48,144 nt of DNA from an uncultured archaeon (GTDB lineage: Archaea; Asgardarchaeota; Lokiarchaeia; Sigyniarchaeales; SOKP01). The notes below the pieces were generated by a model. The model had not been told where the DNA came from and did not search any database. It was given only the letters and a program-made list of their open reading frames with translations. The position numbers were made by a program, and so were the translations under genes. Each line of letters begins with the position of its first letter. The first letter of the stretch is position 1. Where the stretch lies: positions 1 through 48,144 of the forward strand of contig CAZOYD010000024.1 of NCBI GenBank assembly GCA_964583985.1, written 5' to 3'. Below, one piece after another: positions 18,596-28,545 of the stretch.

Positions 18596-19093
18596 ACCAC
18601 AATATTCACAATATCGTAAATTTTCTATTTCTTTTAGATTAGCGCCACAAGTTGGACAGAAATTGACTCTTCCAGGAAGGGGTGCTCCATCTTGAATGAT
18701 AACATAATCTTGAGGCCTTCTTTCTGTTGATGGTGCAGTAAGAGGCGTCCTACAAAACTTGCACGCAAAATTTTCAGTTCGTTGAAGTCTATCACAGTTA
18801 GGGCAACGTGTTAACAATTCCAAACCACAATTTTTGCAGTATTCAGCATAATCACCTACGGGATAATTACATCTTTGACACCTTTTTTGTGAAGGTCCTG
18901 AAATGTGGTTGATAATTATCCAAAGTATGGGTAAAATGATTAGAAATATGAAGATTCCAATCAAGATGCTGAACATCATATCGGAACTCACAAAATCTAG
19001 CAAGAATAACAATACAAGTATAAACACCACGAAGATTATAATTGTTGATATAATTATTATTCCAGTTCGATTGCGATTATTTGCAAGGCTCAT
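18581..19093 (-). CDS. Membrane-anchored double zinc-ribbon protein
   Basis: Two N-terminal TM helices followed by six CxxC pairs. Confidence 0.82.
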   Translation of the reverse strand: MSLANNRNRTGIIIISTIIIFVVFILVLLFLLDFVSSDMMFSILIGIFIFLIILPILWIIINHISGPSQKRCQRCNYPVGDYAEYCKNCGLELLTRCPNCDRLQRTENFACKFCRTPLTAPSTERRPQDYVIIQDGAPLPGRVNFCPTCGANLKEIENLRYCEYCGSKLT

Positions 19094-19164
19094 TATTATA
19101 TTGATAATGTTCCGGTATTTTTATTGGTTCATATCCTTATAATCTTGGATCAAAGTATTAAAGA

Positions 19165-19317
19165 TTATTCAAGCTCTACATTGCAATAAGGGCACACTCT
19201 GGTGCCAGGTGCTATTTTTTCACCGCAGGCAAAACAAACTACTTTATCCTTACCAAAATGGATCTTTCCATTTTTTACAACTTCTTGTTTCTCATCAGCT
19301 TTTTCATTTTCTGACAT
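19165..19317 (-). CDS. 50-aa zinc-ribbon microprotein (not in ORF track)
   Basis: MSENEKADEKQEVVKNGKIHFGKDKVVCFACGEKIAPGTRVCPYCNVELE*; an alternative in-frame ATG lies at 19326. Confidence 0.8.
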   Translation of the reverse strand: MSENEKADEKQEVVKNGKIHFGKDKVVCFACGEKIAPGTRVCPYCNVELE

Positions 19318-19492
19318 GGTACCCATTCATTATGTTTTATTATATTACTTATCTAGGTAAAATAGGGTCATAACTTTAAAAGAAACGGGGACCGATTTTT
19401 GATTCAAAATAAGTAAAATTTAAGTTATTAAAATGATTTTTACCTAATGATCAAGTGAATTAGTAAAAATTTATTAATAATTGTGTATAAAA

Positions 19493-19696
19493 ATGCCAGG
19501 AAGTCATGGTAGTTTAACCAAAGCAGGTAAAGTAAGGCAGCAAACTCCCAGAATAGATCGATCTGGAGTAAATTCTGTTAAGAAAAAACCTCCACGAATG
19601 CGTTACAGAAAATTATATGACAAACGTGTAGTAAAAGGGAAATATTCAGGTCAAACGGATAGTATTGGGGCCAAGAGAGCTTCATTCTCTCGTTAA
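19493..19696 (+). CDS. rps30e: 30S ribosomal protein S30e (eS30)
   Basis: SHGSLTKAGKVR.QTP signature; ATG 19493. Confidence 0.95.
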   Translation: MPGSHGSLTKAGKVRQQTPRIDRSGVNSVKKKPPRMRYRKLYDKRVVKGKYSGQTDSIGAKRASFSR

Positions 19697-19780
19697 TTTT
19701 TAAACAATTCTTTTTTTAAATCATTGCACAAATAGTTTTTCTTCTTTCTTGTAGGTTTGAAAGAAATTTACTTATTTTAT

Positions 19781-20332
19781 TTATTGATTTAATTTGCTTA
19801 GTTTTGATTCAAACTTCGGTAGCATCTTGCGAATATTTTTTTCCACTTTTTCTTCTTTCCCAAACCAAGGCATATTTTTTAAGTCCATTTTATTGTAGAA
19901 GTCTAAGTCTTCCTTGTGAGCCTTTATATACCTCAGATGTTCCTTCTGACTCTCAATAATGTATGGAAGAATTTTCTTCTGGAATTCCAGCCAACGCTCC
20001 TTAAACTCACTCTTGGTCTCACCGGATTTATCATTATGTTGAGGTCGAAAATCCAAATACGAGATATAGACGTGCTTATGGTTATTAAAAACATGAGTTT
20101 TATAGAGGGGTATTTGAAAAAATCCCTCCGCTTTATTTTGATGAGATATTTGAAAGAAAACAACGTGCTTATTAGTGAAAATAAATGGGGTTTTCCATCT
20201 ATAAACAATTTTTCCAACCATATGCGCGATTAGACCATAGGTGGCATAGACCACATCCTCATCAGAAGGAATAAACTTTTTAAAAATATCCAAATCTTTA
20301 CTTGTAATATATATATCTGACACTTTGACCAA
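19781..20332 (-). CDS. Hypothetical protein, possible PH-like domain
   Basis: EDVVY...FIFTNKHVVF...IPLY pattern resembles bacterial/archaeal PH-like domains (weak). Confidence 0.6.
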   Translation of the reverse strand: MVKVSDIYITSKDLDIFKKFIPSDEDVVYATYGLIAHMVGKIVYRWKTPFIFTNKHVVFFQISHQNKAEGFFQIPLYKTHVFNNHKHVYISYLDFRPQHNDKSGETKSEFKERWLEFQKKILPYIIESQKEHLRYIKAHKEDLDFYNKMDLKNMPWFGKEEKVEKNIRKMLPKFESKLSKLNQ

Positions 20333-20421
20333 TTCGAATTTGATTTTAATATTTTTTTAATATTTTAGTTTAAATTTTTTTTTAAGTATACTTTACCTTT
20401 CTTGTATTTAATGCTAGCGTT

Positions 20422-22311
20422 TTAATTCATTACACCAATCTTCTTCAATTGATTTACCAAAATCTGGCCTTGTTTGTAATAATAGCTGGCATTTTGGCTG
20501 TCTTTAACAAGCATGTCAAAATAATCGCTCATTAGAAGATTCCATCGAACCCCTCTTTTAATTCCTGAAATTTCTTTCATATTTAGAGGAACTCGATTTT
20601 CAAGGTTTTTTAATAGAAAAAACGCTTTCTTGGAGTCGATTCTTTGATGGATGTAAAATTCTGCCAATTCCAATATTATATCAAAAAAGAGGAGTTGATA
20701 CTGCTTTTCGTCAAAATTTATTCCTACGGCATCAATTCCAGCCTTGAGAAGTTTTTGAGATTGAGAAAGATTCCCTTTATCTTTAAACTGTTTCGCTCGC
20801 AGAAGATAATAATTTAATTTAACTTTTATACTTGAATTCGCAAGTTGAATGGCTTTTTTATATTCGCTTTTAGCAAGAGCTAGTTGACTCTGTTCATCAT
20901 GAATTAAGCCCATATAGAGAGTTGCCAATCCTACGTATTCTTCCTTATTAATTGATTGTTCTTCATTTTCAAGGAAATTTACAATAATATTGAAATGGTT
21001 GAGAGCTTGGAGCATATTTTTTATTTTAAAGAAATATTTTCCTAATTTATAATGTATTTTTAAGATATAATCGATTGGCACTTCTCCCGATTTTGCTAAA
21101 CTAAGGGCCGTTTGCAAGTAATTAAGTGCGATTTCATCCCGATTTAAGAGGGATGCAATATGATATAACTTTAAAAGAATTGTTACCACGATTTTTTTCT
21201 GACGATTTTTATTAAACACTATTAACGATTGATTTAAGAGTTCAGTAGCATCATCAAACCGATAATTTTTAATCAATTCTTCAGCTTCAGTGTATAAATT
21301 TATTGTTTCTAGAACTTCGAAATTTGTAGGGGGTGAATTAAATAAATCATTATGAATTTGATATAGTTCTCCCTTCTTTATCAAGCTTTCATAATAAAGT
21401 GCTGAAAATGCAAAGTTATTGGTCTCTTCTTCGAATTCATTATCTTGTAATTCCCTTTCTACATTAAATTGGATGAGATCATGTTGATTAATTTCTGCTA
21501 AATCAATTATTTGAATCATTGAATTCAGCATCATTCTAGCAAATTTAATCCAATTATCTACTAAAAGCTCCAAATTAACATTCATTGAGTTCAATAATCG
21601 ATGTATTACATAAGGAGTGTAAGAATCAAATCCCGAACGAATATAAAATTTTTTATAATCCAAGTCTTTAAAATACGTGAGAAACCCTTTTTCAATGATA
21701 AAAAATTCATCACTTGGTTCATCATTTGAGAAAAAAAGGGTTTCAGATGTTCTAATTCTTGGTACTCCACTTTTTAATTCCCATGGTAACTTAAATGTAG
21801 GAAAAAGTCCTGATTTGTTTACAGCTGGTAATATTTCATCAACGATAGATTGTTCTTGTTCTTTGAACTCATCTCGTTTTGACATAAGAGTGATTCGAAT
21901 TTTGTTTTTCCACCTATTTTCATTTTCACCTTTAACAGATTCTGGAATTATCACATTAAGTAGGTCTACAATCTCCTTCTCTTTTCCCTCTACAGGAAAA
22001 GAATGTTCAATTGATACTTGGATTGCTAAATCTCTCAACATCTTCAACAGATAGACTATTAATTTATTTGTTGTTTGATTTAAATCCCAGATTTTAAAGG
22101 CTATAGATAATCGGAAATTGACAACTTCTAAGGGAACATTAATCCTCAAAGGAAACGCAACCGGAAATTTAATCGTGAAGACGATAACTTTATCCTTTTT
22201 TAAACTATACCTGAAATTGTTTTCAATGGATGAATTTATATGCCAACCATTCTTTTCAATGGCCATGCGTAAATTTTCTAACTCATTGGAAGAAAAAGGT
22301 CTAATTGACAT
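20422..22311 (-). CDS. Large protein with C-terminal TPR-like solenoid
   Basis: Repeated TPR-like units (IHYKLGKYF...ALNHF; LYMGLIH...AKSEYKKAI). Confidence 0.78.
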   Translation of the reverse strand: MSIRPFSSNELENLRMAIEKNGWHINSSIENNFRYSLKKDKVIVFTIKFPVAFPLRINVPLEVVNFRLSIAFKIWDLNQTTNKLIVYLLKMLRDLAIQVSIEHSFPVEGKEKEIVDLLNVIIPESVKGENENRWKNKIRITLMSKRDEFKEQEQSIVDEILPAVNKSGLFPTFKLPWELKSGVPRIRTSETLFFSNDEPSDEFFIIEKGFLTYFKDLDYKKFYIRSGFDSYTPYVIHRLLNSMNVNLELLVDNWIKFARMMLNSMIQIIDLAEINQHDLIQFNVERELQDNEFEEETNNFAFSALYYESLIKKGELYQIHNDLFNSPPTNFEVLETINLYTEAEELIKNYRFDDATELLNQSLIVFNKNRQKKIVVTILLKLYHIASLLNRDEIALNYLQTALSLAKSGEVPIDYILKIHYKLGKYFFKIKNMLQALNHFNIIVNFLENEEQSINKEEYVGLATLYMGLIHDEQSQLALAKSEYKKAIQLANSSIKVKLNYYLLRAKQFKDKGNLSQSQKLLKAGIDAVGINFDEKQYQLLFFDIILELAEFYIHQRIDSKKAFFLLKNLENRVPLNMKEISGIKRGVRWNLLMSDYFDMLVKDSQNASYYYKQGQILVNQLKKIGVMN

Positions 22312-22454
22312 TAAATAAACGTTAAAGAAATATAATTTATGTTAAAAATCTAATATTAATCCTTATTATTAACTTTGCACAAAACAATATCAATTTTAAA
22401 TAATTGGTTTTACTTGTAGAAGATATAGAGAATAAAAATTGAAGATATTACATC

Positions 22455-23108
22455 ATGGATATCTCTAAATTTAATAAAGAATTAGGCTATAGGGTAGTGA
22501 AAGCTCAGGGGTTAGAAAAAAATAAAAAAATAAAAGAAGCTATTAAGGAGTGGATTGGCATTTCAGATTTGGTTTTAAAAGTTACAAAAACGCCTAATAT
22601 AACTTTTTCATACAAATCGATGCTAATTGAGAAAATGACACAGATTATGGAACACGTAAAGATGCTAAAGGCTCAAATATATGTTCCTAAAACTGAACCA
22701 ATTAAACTGGAAGAAGAAGTTCCGACCGATGAAATAATATCTTTAACAACAGATGAAAAAGAGAAATATTTATTGGATCCAAGCCTTGGTACAAGAAAAT
22801 CTAAGACGGAAAAGCCTAAGATCATTGATGATAGTGAATTTAAAAACATTCCTAAAGGTTTCAAGGAAATAGAAGCTCCAAAAGATTTTAAAATAATTAC
22901 GCCGCATGATGAGGATTTTATTAAAAATATCTTAAAAACTGATGTTGATATGAATAATGAACAAGAAAACGTTTCACAAAATTTAGATGATTCGAGAATC
23001 CAATTTGAACCTTCTAAAGATGGAAAATTAGAATTTTGTTTCGCTTGTGGTGCAGAAATATTACCAAATCAAAAAAAATGTCCCTCTTGTGGAACTAAAC
23101 TTACATGA
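22455..23108 (+). CDS. MIT-like three-helix domain, acidic linker and C-terminal zinc ribbon
   Basis: KAQGLEK.KKIKEAI..W...K.MLIEKM..IMEHVKMLK resembles MIT; C-terminal CFACG...CPSCG. Confidence 0.65.
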   Translation: MDISKFNKELGYRVVKAQGLEKNKKIKEAIKEWIGISDLVLKVTKTPNITFSYKSMLIEKMTQIMEHVKMLKAQIYVPKTEPIKLEEEVPTDEIISLTTDEKEKYLLDPSLGTRKSKTEKPKIIDDSEFKNIPKGFKEIEAPKDFKIITPHDEDFIKNILKTDVDMNNEQENVSQNLDDSRIQFEPSKDGKLEFCFACGAEILPNQKKCPSCGTKLT

Positions 23109-23122
23109 ATGCGAATAAATAA

Positions 23123-23812
23123 TTAGAAATTATAAAATTTATTTGCATCTTCAAGATGAAAGACACCAAACCGTTCTTTCCTCCTTCTTTTTAACGTTTC
23201 ACGTCCAATACTTGAATCTTTTAGGCATAATTGTGTTTTATATAAACCCATTATATCATACAATCGATCTCGATATCTTGCCATGTCTATTTTTATTTGT
23301 TTTTCCATTGAGACTTTTAAGACATTATATATAGCATACACATAGAATTCGATTTGATTTAATCCCAAAATTAAAGCAGATTTTTTTGCTATGATGTGAG
23401 TTGCTTGATGATCAACGTGGTTATTATTATCGCTTGGGCAAACTATACGATTGGCATCCTTAATTATATTACTAGCTAAATTAACCCCCTCATCAATTCG
23501 ATTTAAAGCTCCTTGATCATGAAACTTAAAGAGATGAATATTTCTTTTTGGGAAACCTATTGATCTCGCAACGTCCTCAGCTTCTTTAAGACCTATTTTA
23601 GCAATCTGATCTTCATTGAGTTTTGAGTAGGGTTTTGCTTTTTCCTCAATCAATTGATCATGAGTTCTTCCCCAAGAAATCAGCACTCGATTATCGGTAA
23701 CATAAATTATATGGACCTCATGACCCTCATCCATCCATTTTAGAATACTCCCCCCACATCCATAAATTTCATCATCAGGATGAGGAGCAAAGACTACAAT
23801 CTTCATAATCAA
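23123..23812 (-). CDS. PIG-L/LmbE-family deacetylase
   Basis: APHPDDE and HVDH metal-binding motifs. Confidence 0.92.
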   Translation of the reverse strand: MIMKIVVFAPHPDDEIYGCGGSILKWMDEGHEVHIIYVTDNRVLISWGRTHDQLIEEKAKPYSKLNEDQIAKIGLKEAEDVARSIGFPKRNIHLFKFHDQGALNRIDEGVNLASNIIKDANRIVCPSDNNNHVDHQATHIIAKKSALILGLNQIEFYVYAIYNVLKVSMEKQIKIDMARYRDRLYDIMGLYKTQLCLKDSSIGRETLKRRRKERFGVFHLEDANKFYNF

Positions 23813-23849
23813 TATTTATCCATGGATTTTTTTATATTAATTTTAGTAG

Positions 23850-24542
23850 TCAAATTTTGATATTTATATCGAAATAAGATTTCCCTTCTTCTTTTGAGAC
23901 ATAAATTTCCTTAACATTACAAGATACTTCAGATTTCAATGCTCTAGATAAAATTCCCTCCGTTATCCCACATATAATATAAATATGATAAGTATAATCC
24001 TCTGAATCGTCCAAAAATGAAGAATTACCAAATCTAAAAGTAGCACTCTTTCCTTTCGTATCAATATCAATTATCGAGATTTCAATATTTGGTTGAAAAA
24101 TATCATATACTGGATAAAAATTTTTAAAACTCTCTAGATGAATTCGTGAAATGGGCACATCTTTCAAACTTTTTAGTTGTTTGTAAACATTCGGTCCAAA
24201 TGTAAATTTAATATCTTTGACTGCTTCTCGACCTACTTTTTTAGCTAATTCTTCAGTTCCAGGTAAATATTTCTTAAATCTTTTAATTAATGCCTTATAA
24301 TATGATACTGCGAAGTCTAGTGGAATATAACTGTTCTTAGTTGTAAAATAAAGATTATACACTCCAATTTTTTTTTGAAATATTTCTTTCTTGACTTCCA
24401 TGATGGAAACATACTTAGATATAGTATTTCTTGAGAAACCCGTGAATTTAGCTATATCTGATACTGTTATTCCTCCCGGATGGTTTCTTATGCTCTCTAA
24501 AACTTCCTTTTCATAATTAACTTTTTGAACTTTTGTCGTAAT
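23850..24542 (-). CDS. Winged-helix transcription factor with V4R-like C-terminal domain; probable non-canonical ATT start
   Basis: The frame stays open 47 codons upstream of ATG 24401 and encodes NYEKEVLESIRNHPGGITVSDIAKFTGFSRNTISKYVSI (HTH). SD AGGTGG lies 7 nt before ATT 24542. C-terminal ICGITEGILS...V.C.V is V4R-like. Confidence 0.75.
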   Translation of the reverse strand: MTTKVQKVNYEKEVLESIRNHPGGITVSDIAKFTGFSRNTISKYVSIMEVKKEIFQKKIGVYNLYFTTKNSYIPLDFAVSYYKALIKRFKKYLPGTEELAKKVGREAVKDIKFTFGPNVYKQLKSLKDVPISRIHLESFKNFYPVYDIFQPNIEISIIDIDTKGKSATFRFGNSSFLDDSEDYTYHIYIICGITEGILSRALKSEVSCNVKEIYVSKEEGKSYFDINIKI

Positions 24543-24576
24543 TGTGTTTCCACCTTTTAATTTTTAAATATGTCCT

Positions 24577-24597
24577 ATGATCATCACGAGTGATCAT
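24577..24597. promoter_or_regulatory. Palindrome ATGATCA-N7-TGATCAT upstream of the wHTH-V4R gene
   Basis: Seen directly; a role as operator is inferred from position only. Confidence 0.4.
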
Positions 24598-24768
24598 TAA
24601 TAATTGATAGTAGTTATGATTAAAAAAACTATTAGGAGAAAAAAAATCTCTATTTTGGTCCAATCTCAAGTATTTTGATTTGCTAATAAAAATGTTAAGA
24701 AAAGATTTATATATTAATTCATCAAAATTGATCATTATATGTAATCAATACTGCTCAAATTTATTAAA

Positions 24769-26415
24769 GTGAAAAAAATGTCGCGAAGGGGTTCAATCAC
24801 GCTGATATGTCTTTTAGCTATTGGATCAGGATTAGTACCAGCTGGATTGTTTATCAATAATAGTATTTTAAATGAAGTTGCAAATTCGATTGATGAAGGT
24901 CTTATAGGAATACAAGAAGAAGCTCTTCCAATGGTTGAATCCATGATCGCGGAATCGGGAATACCTAGAGCATTACGAGATATCAGAAAGATAGGATTAA
25001 GTGAAACTGAAGCTATTGTAAACGCCACATTTTTTATGTCTGTATTAAACATGACTTTAAATGAACCAGCTGTTCTTGGAGTTGTTCCAATTAATTTACT
25101 ATTTGATCGTTGGATTCAATGGATCGTCATAATTCCAGTTACTTTCAGTTCTGCAATGCAAAGTTTAGGTTATCCTCCTATAAAAGGGATTTCAGAATAT
25201 TTTCAACAAGATCTATGGTATGGAAATGCAAAATATGTTTTAATGGAAGGAACAGTATCTCTTCCAGGATTGATAGGAAATAACTCATTAGGAACTGGAG
25301 TATTAGATTTCTTAGATTTATATGATCATGCTGTCGGTAATACTACTCTTGAGCAGGAATTATCAAGTGGTTATAATACTACATGGAATAAAATAACAAA
25401 ATTAACAGAATATTATCGGAATTATTTTGTACCATACGCAATCCCAATGATTGTAGCAAATTTAGATATCTTAATGCCGAAATATTCTGGAATGGATACA
25501 AAATCTATTGCTGAGATGTATTATTTTGCTCAATGGGCAAATTGTTCCATGTTTGAAGGAGGAATTGATTTAAGCACTATGGTTGATAATTTGGATAACT
25601 CAGTGTATGGTTTTGAACTTGATCGATTAATTCGTTCAAATATAAGCAGATCATCATGTGATCTATTATGGGAGGATAATAATCCTCAATCACTTACAAA
25701 CGATACAGGAATTAATGAATGGATAAAAGCAAGAGATAATACTACTATTTTAGAAGAATTAAGAACCCTATTTCTCCTGGAGGAATATCAAATTAAAATG
25801 ATCGGTTATTGGTTATGGAATGCATCATTTAAATGGGATATCATGCCTATCCTCATTATACTTCCACCTCCATTAGGAGAGGGAATGAAACTTGAAGAAT
25901 TTGCTAAAGTTATATTCTTGGAGGTATGGACAAATGGGACAGCAGATGGTAGAATGCTATTTCCTTTTGGATTCCCTCTTGAAATGCAAGCAACAACGAC
26001 TTATGGTTTCGAAATAGGATTCCAATCTCAAACCAAACCAGTAATTCCAAGCAATATATCACTTGCTTCAGCACGATCTTTATGGAACACTTCAAATCCA
26101 TATTCATTAGTTACAAAAAATGGTGTAATGGAATGGTTTAAAGCGGTTGATAATCCCAATTCAGCAACTGCTTATGGTTTAAAAATGGCAAATGGATTGA
26201 CAGATGAACAATTATATATGATTTTATCTTGGTTACCTCGATTTAAAAACAATGTCATGCCATTTCTAGCTCAAGAGGAGATGAGTTTACCATTAGATTC
26301 AACAACGCTTGGAAACACTATTCAAACGAGCATGGTAGTATCAGGAGGTTTTGTGATAGGTTTAGCAGGTGTTGGATTCATAAGGAGAGGTTTGTTAAAG
26401 AAAAGGTTGAGATAA
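24769..26415 (+). CDS. Extracellular protein anchored by N- and C-terminal TM helices, with internal repeats
   Basis: Hydrophobic helices at both ends, many NxS/T sequons, duplicated W.N...GFE...SNIS....LW...NP.SL....G..EW.KA...Q..MI..WL module. Confidence 0.8.
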   Translation: MKKMSRRGSITLICLLAIGSGLVPAGLFINNSILNEVANSIDEGLIGIQEEALPMVESMIAESGIPRALRDIRKIGLSETEAIVNATFFMSVLNMTLNEPAVLGVVPINLLFDRWIQWIVIIPVTFSSAMQSLGYPPIKGISEYFQQDLWYGNAKYVLMEGTVSLPGLIGNNSLGTGVLDFLDLYDHAVGNTTLEQELSSGYNTTWNKITKLTEYYRNYFVPYAIPMIVANLDILMPKYSGMDTKSIAEMYYFAQWANCSMFEGGIDLSTMVDNLDNSVYGFELDRLIRSNISRSSCDLLWEDNNPQSLTNDTGINEWIKARDNTTILEELRTLFLLEEYQIKMIGYWLWNASFKWDIMPILIILPPPLGEGMKLEEFAKVIFLEVWTNGTADGRMLFPFGFPLEMQATTTYGFEIGFQSQTKPVIPSNISLASARSLWNTSNPYSLVTKNGVMEWFKAVDNPNSATAYGLKMANGLTDEQLYMILSWLPRFKNNVMPFLAQEEMSLPLDSTTLGNTIQTSMVVSGGFVIGLAGVGFIRRGLLKKRLR

Positions 26416-26418
26416 TTA

Positions 26419-26967
26419 TCATTTATTACTTGATTCTTTATATTTTTCATATTTTTCTATAGCAATATCTCGCCACTGAGTATTCCATTTTTTAAATCCT
26501 GATTTGACGTACTTCTCTCTTTTATAAAAATTACGAGTAAGCCAATTAAAAAGAACAAAATATCTTTTTGCTCCACTTTGCGTTGTTAATTTTCTTGAAC
26601 GTATTCCCAAATCATCTCTTAGATGTTTCACTAATCTTCCTTCTACTGCATTCTGTAATTTTCCTTCTATAATCGCAGGTTCATAAATTATGCCAACATC
26701 ATCGAAATATTGTCTAACGTGATCAAAGATATTTCCACGGCATAATAATACTTTTTCATTTTTCTTATCAAAATTTAGTTCCTTTAATCCTTCCTTAACT
26801 AAATCCACGGTCATTTTATACGGTTCTTTATTTTTCCAGTTATCCCCTTTAAATAAATCCACAGAAAGAGTCTTGAATAGTAGTTCACCCGTTTCTTGTC
26901 TAAGAAAACCTATAAAAGCGTCGCCTACCAAGTCTCCCGTACCGCTATCGTCAATTTCAATAGTCAT
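26419..26967 (-). CDS. Archaeal-type protein with RNase HII-like N-terminal motif
   Basis: IEIDDSGTGDLVG resembles the RNase HII GIDEAGRG motif; function not established. Confidence 0.55.
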   Translation of the reverse strand: MTIEIDDSGTGDLVGDAFIGFLRQETGELLFKTLSVDLFKGDNWKNKEPYKMTVDLVKEGLKELNFDKKNEKVLLCRGNIFDHVRQYFDDVGIIYEPAIIEGKLQNAVEGRLVKHLRDDLGIRSRKLTTQSGAKRYFVLFNWLTRNFYKREKYVKSGFKKWNTQWRDIAIEKYEKYKESSNK

Positions 26968-27022
26968 ATTCTATGATTCTGAATGAAAATTATAATATCA
27001 AATTTGCCAAGTGAAGAAGGAG

Positions 27023-28396
27023 TTATAAATTTTTTTCTAATTCTGATCTGCGTAGAAGTTTAAGCTCGCTACATTCTTTAAATTCTCTTGAATAATTCTG
27101 TAAACTAATTATCCAAAATAGCGATCCCAGCATCCATAAAAATAACACAAGAAATATTGCGAAGCTTAAATAGCTAATATTTTGTTGGATTAAAGAAGAC
27201 AATATTAAATTTCCTATAATAGCTCCAATATTAGACATTACGCCATTAAATGCATTTACCGTGCTTCTAGTTTCAGGAACACAAACTTCTGAATAAATTG
27301 CAAACACATTCCCAGAATACAAACCTGTAAAAAAGTTACCAAACATGCCAAGACTAAGAAATAGAATCCAAGATAGGATAATTTCTAATTGATTGCCGGT
27401 AAGAATTGGTAATAAGTAAAAAAGCATTAACAAAATTATTCCTACAATTAGACCAATTAAAGTAAGGAAAATCCGTCCATTTCTCTTACCAGATTTTACG
27501 TACTTATCGCCCAATTTTCCTCCAATAATAGATCCTGGAAGAATTCCTATACCTGTTAATAAGTAAAGAGTTGTAGCGATCAATCCAGAATCCTCGGCAA
27601 TAATTTTCTGAGTTAAAAAAAAAATAGCCCAATTTCCTAATGTTGCGGTTGCTATTCCATTTGCAATGATAAAAAGAAGTATACCTCTAACTGTTTTTTT
27701 TTGAAATATATGAAGAACTGATTTATATGTAATCTTATAATTATAATTGATTGTTCCTTCAAAATTTTCGAATTCCGGTTCAGATCTACCCCTTTCAGGA
27801 TCAATACCTTTTAAAACATAAAGAATTAACGCAAAGAAACTCAGGGTTGCTCCAAAAAGATATGCCCATCGCCACCCTTCTGGTCCCGTATAACTTCCGA
27901 GCAATCCCCCAAATAATAAACCCATCCCAGAACCCAAGTTTAATGCAAGGGCCATTATTCCATATCTGCTTCCTCGTTCTTTGGGTGAATATAAATCCCC
28001 AACAATTGAAAATCCAAGAGGTAAAAATGCACCGCTCCCAAATGAAGCTAAAATCATGAAGAATAAGTAATTCTGATAGTTTGAAACAAAAAAGTTTAAT
28101 CCATACGAGAAAACCCAAATTAAATTGATAAAGGCAAAGAGGTTTTTTCTTGAAATGGATTTTGATATCTTTTCACCAAAATACCCAAAAAACAATAAAC
28201 TAAATGTCCCTACAGATAATTGAATTACAATTATCATTCCTATACCAAATTCTGTCGTTCCGGGTAGATTTACAACTAAATTATAAATATTTACGGGTAG
28301 AATCCCAATGCAGAAATATAGCATAAAATATAATACCCATAATGATTTAAACGTCCAACTTTTATTGTCTTTTGGAATATCATTCACGTTCTGCAA
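27023..28396 (-). CDS. MFS transporter (spinster-like)
   Basis: About 12 TM segments; SIVGDLYSPKERG, WRW and GG.LGD motifs. Confidence 0.85.
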   Translation of the reverse strand: MQNVNDIPKDNKSWTFKSLWVLYFMLYFCIGILPVNIYNLVVNLPGTTEFGIGMIIVIQLSVGTFSLLFFGYFGEKISKSISRKNLFAFINLIWVFSYGLNFFVSNYQNYLFFMILASFGSGAFLPLGFSIVGDLYSPKERGSRYGIMALALNLGSGMGLLFGGLLGSYTGPEGWRWAYLFGATLSFFALILYVLKGIDPERGRSEPEFENFEGTINYNYKITYKSVLHIFQKKTVRGILLFIIANGIATATLGNWAIFFLTQKIIAEDSGLIATTLYLLTGIGILPGSIIGGKLGDKYVKSGKRNGRIFLTLIGLIVGIILLMLFYLLPILTGNQLEIILSWILFLSLGMFGNFFTGLYSGNVFAIYSEVCVPETRSTVNAFNGVMSNIGAIIGNLILSSLIQQNISYLSFAIFLVLFLWMLGSLFWIISLQNYSREFKECSELKLLRRSELEKNL

Positions 28397-28545
28397 TCAG
28401 CCCAAATATGTGTTATACTATGTTGATTATTAAACTATCATCCATAAAAATCTTCTAAATGACTTAAAAGAGTCTACTAAAATTTTATACTATATTCTTT
28501 AGAAAGAATTCATTTCTCTTTTTATAGGTTTTGGAGCATTTGAAA

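Noticed and set aside
19354-19446. 9-bp inverted repeat TAGGTAAAA/TTTTACCTA as MITE ends
   Set aside because: Short and AT-rich, with no target-site duplication and no second copy in the window.
24517-24735. 72-aa minus-strand ORF as the missing N-terminus of the V4R regulator via a frameshift
   Set aside because: It is in a different frame, runs across promoter-like AT-rich sequence and has no motif; SD plus ATT is the simpler explanation.
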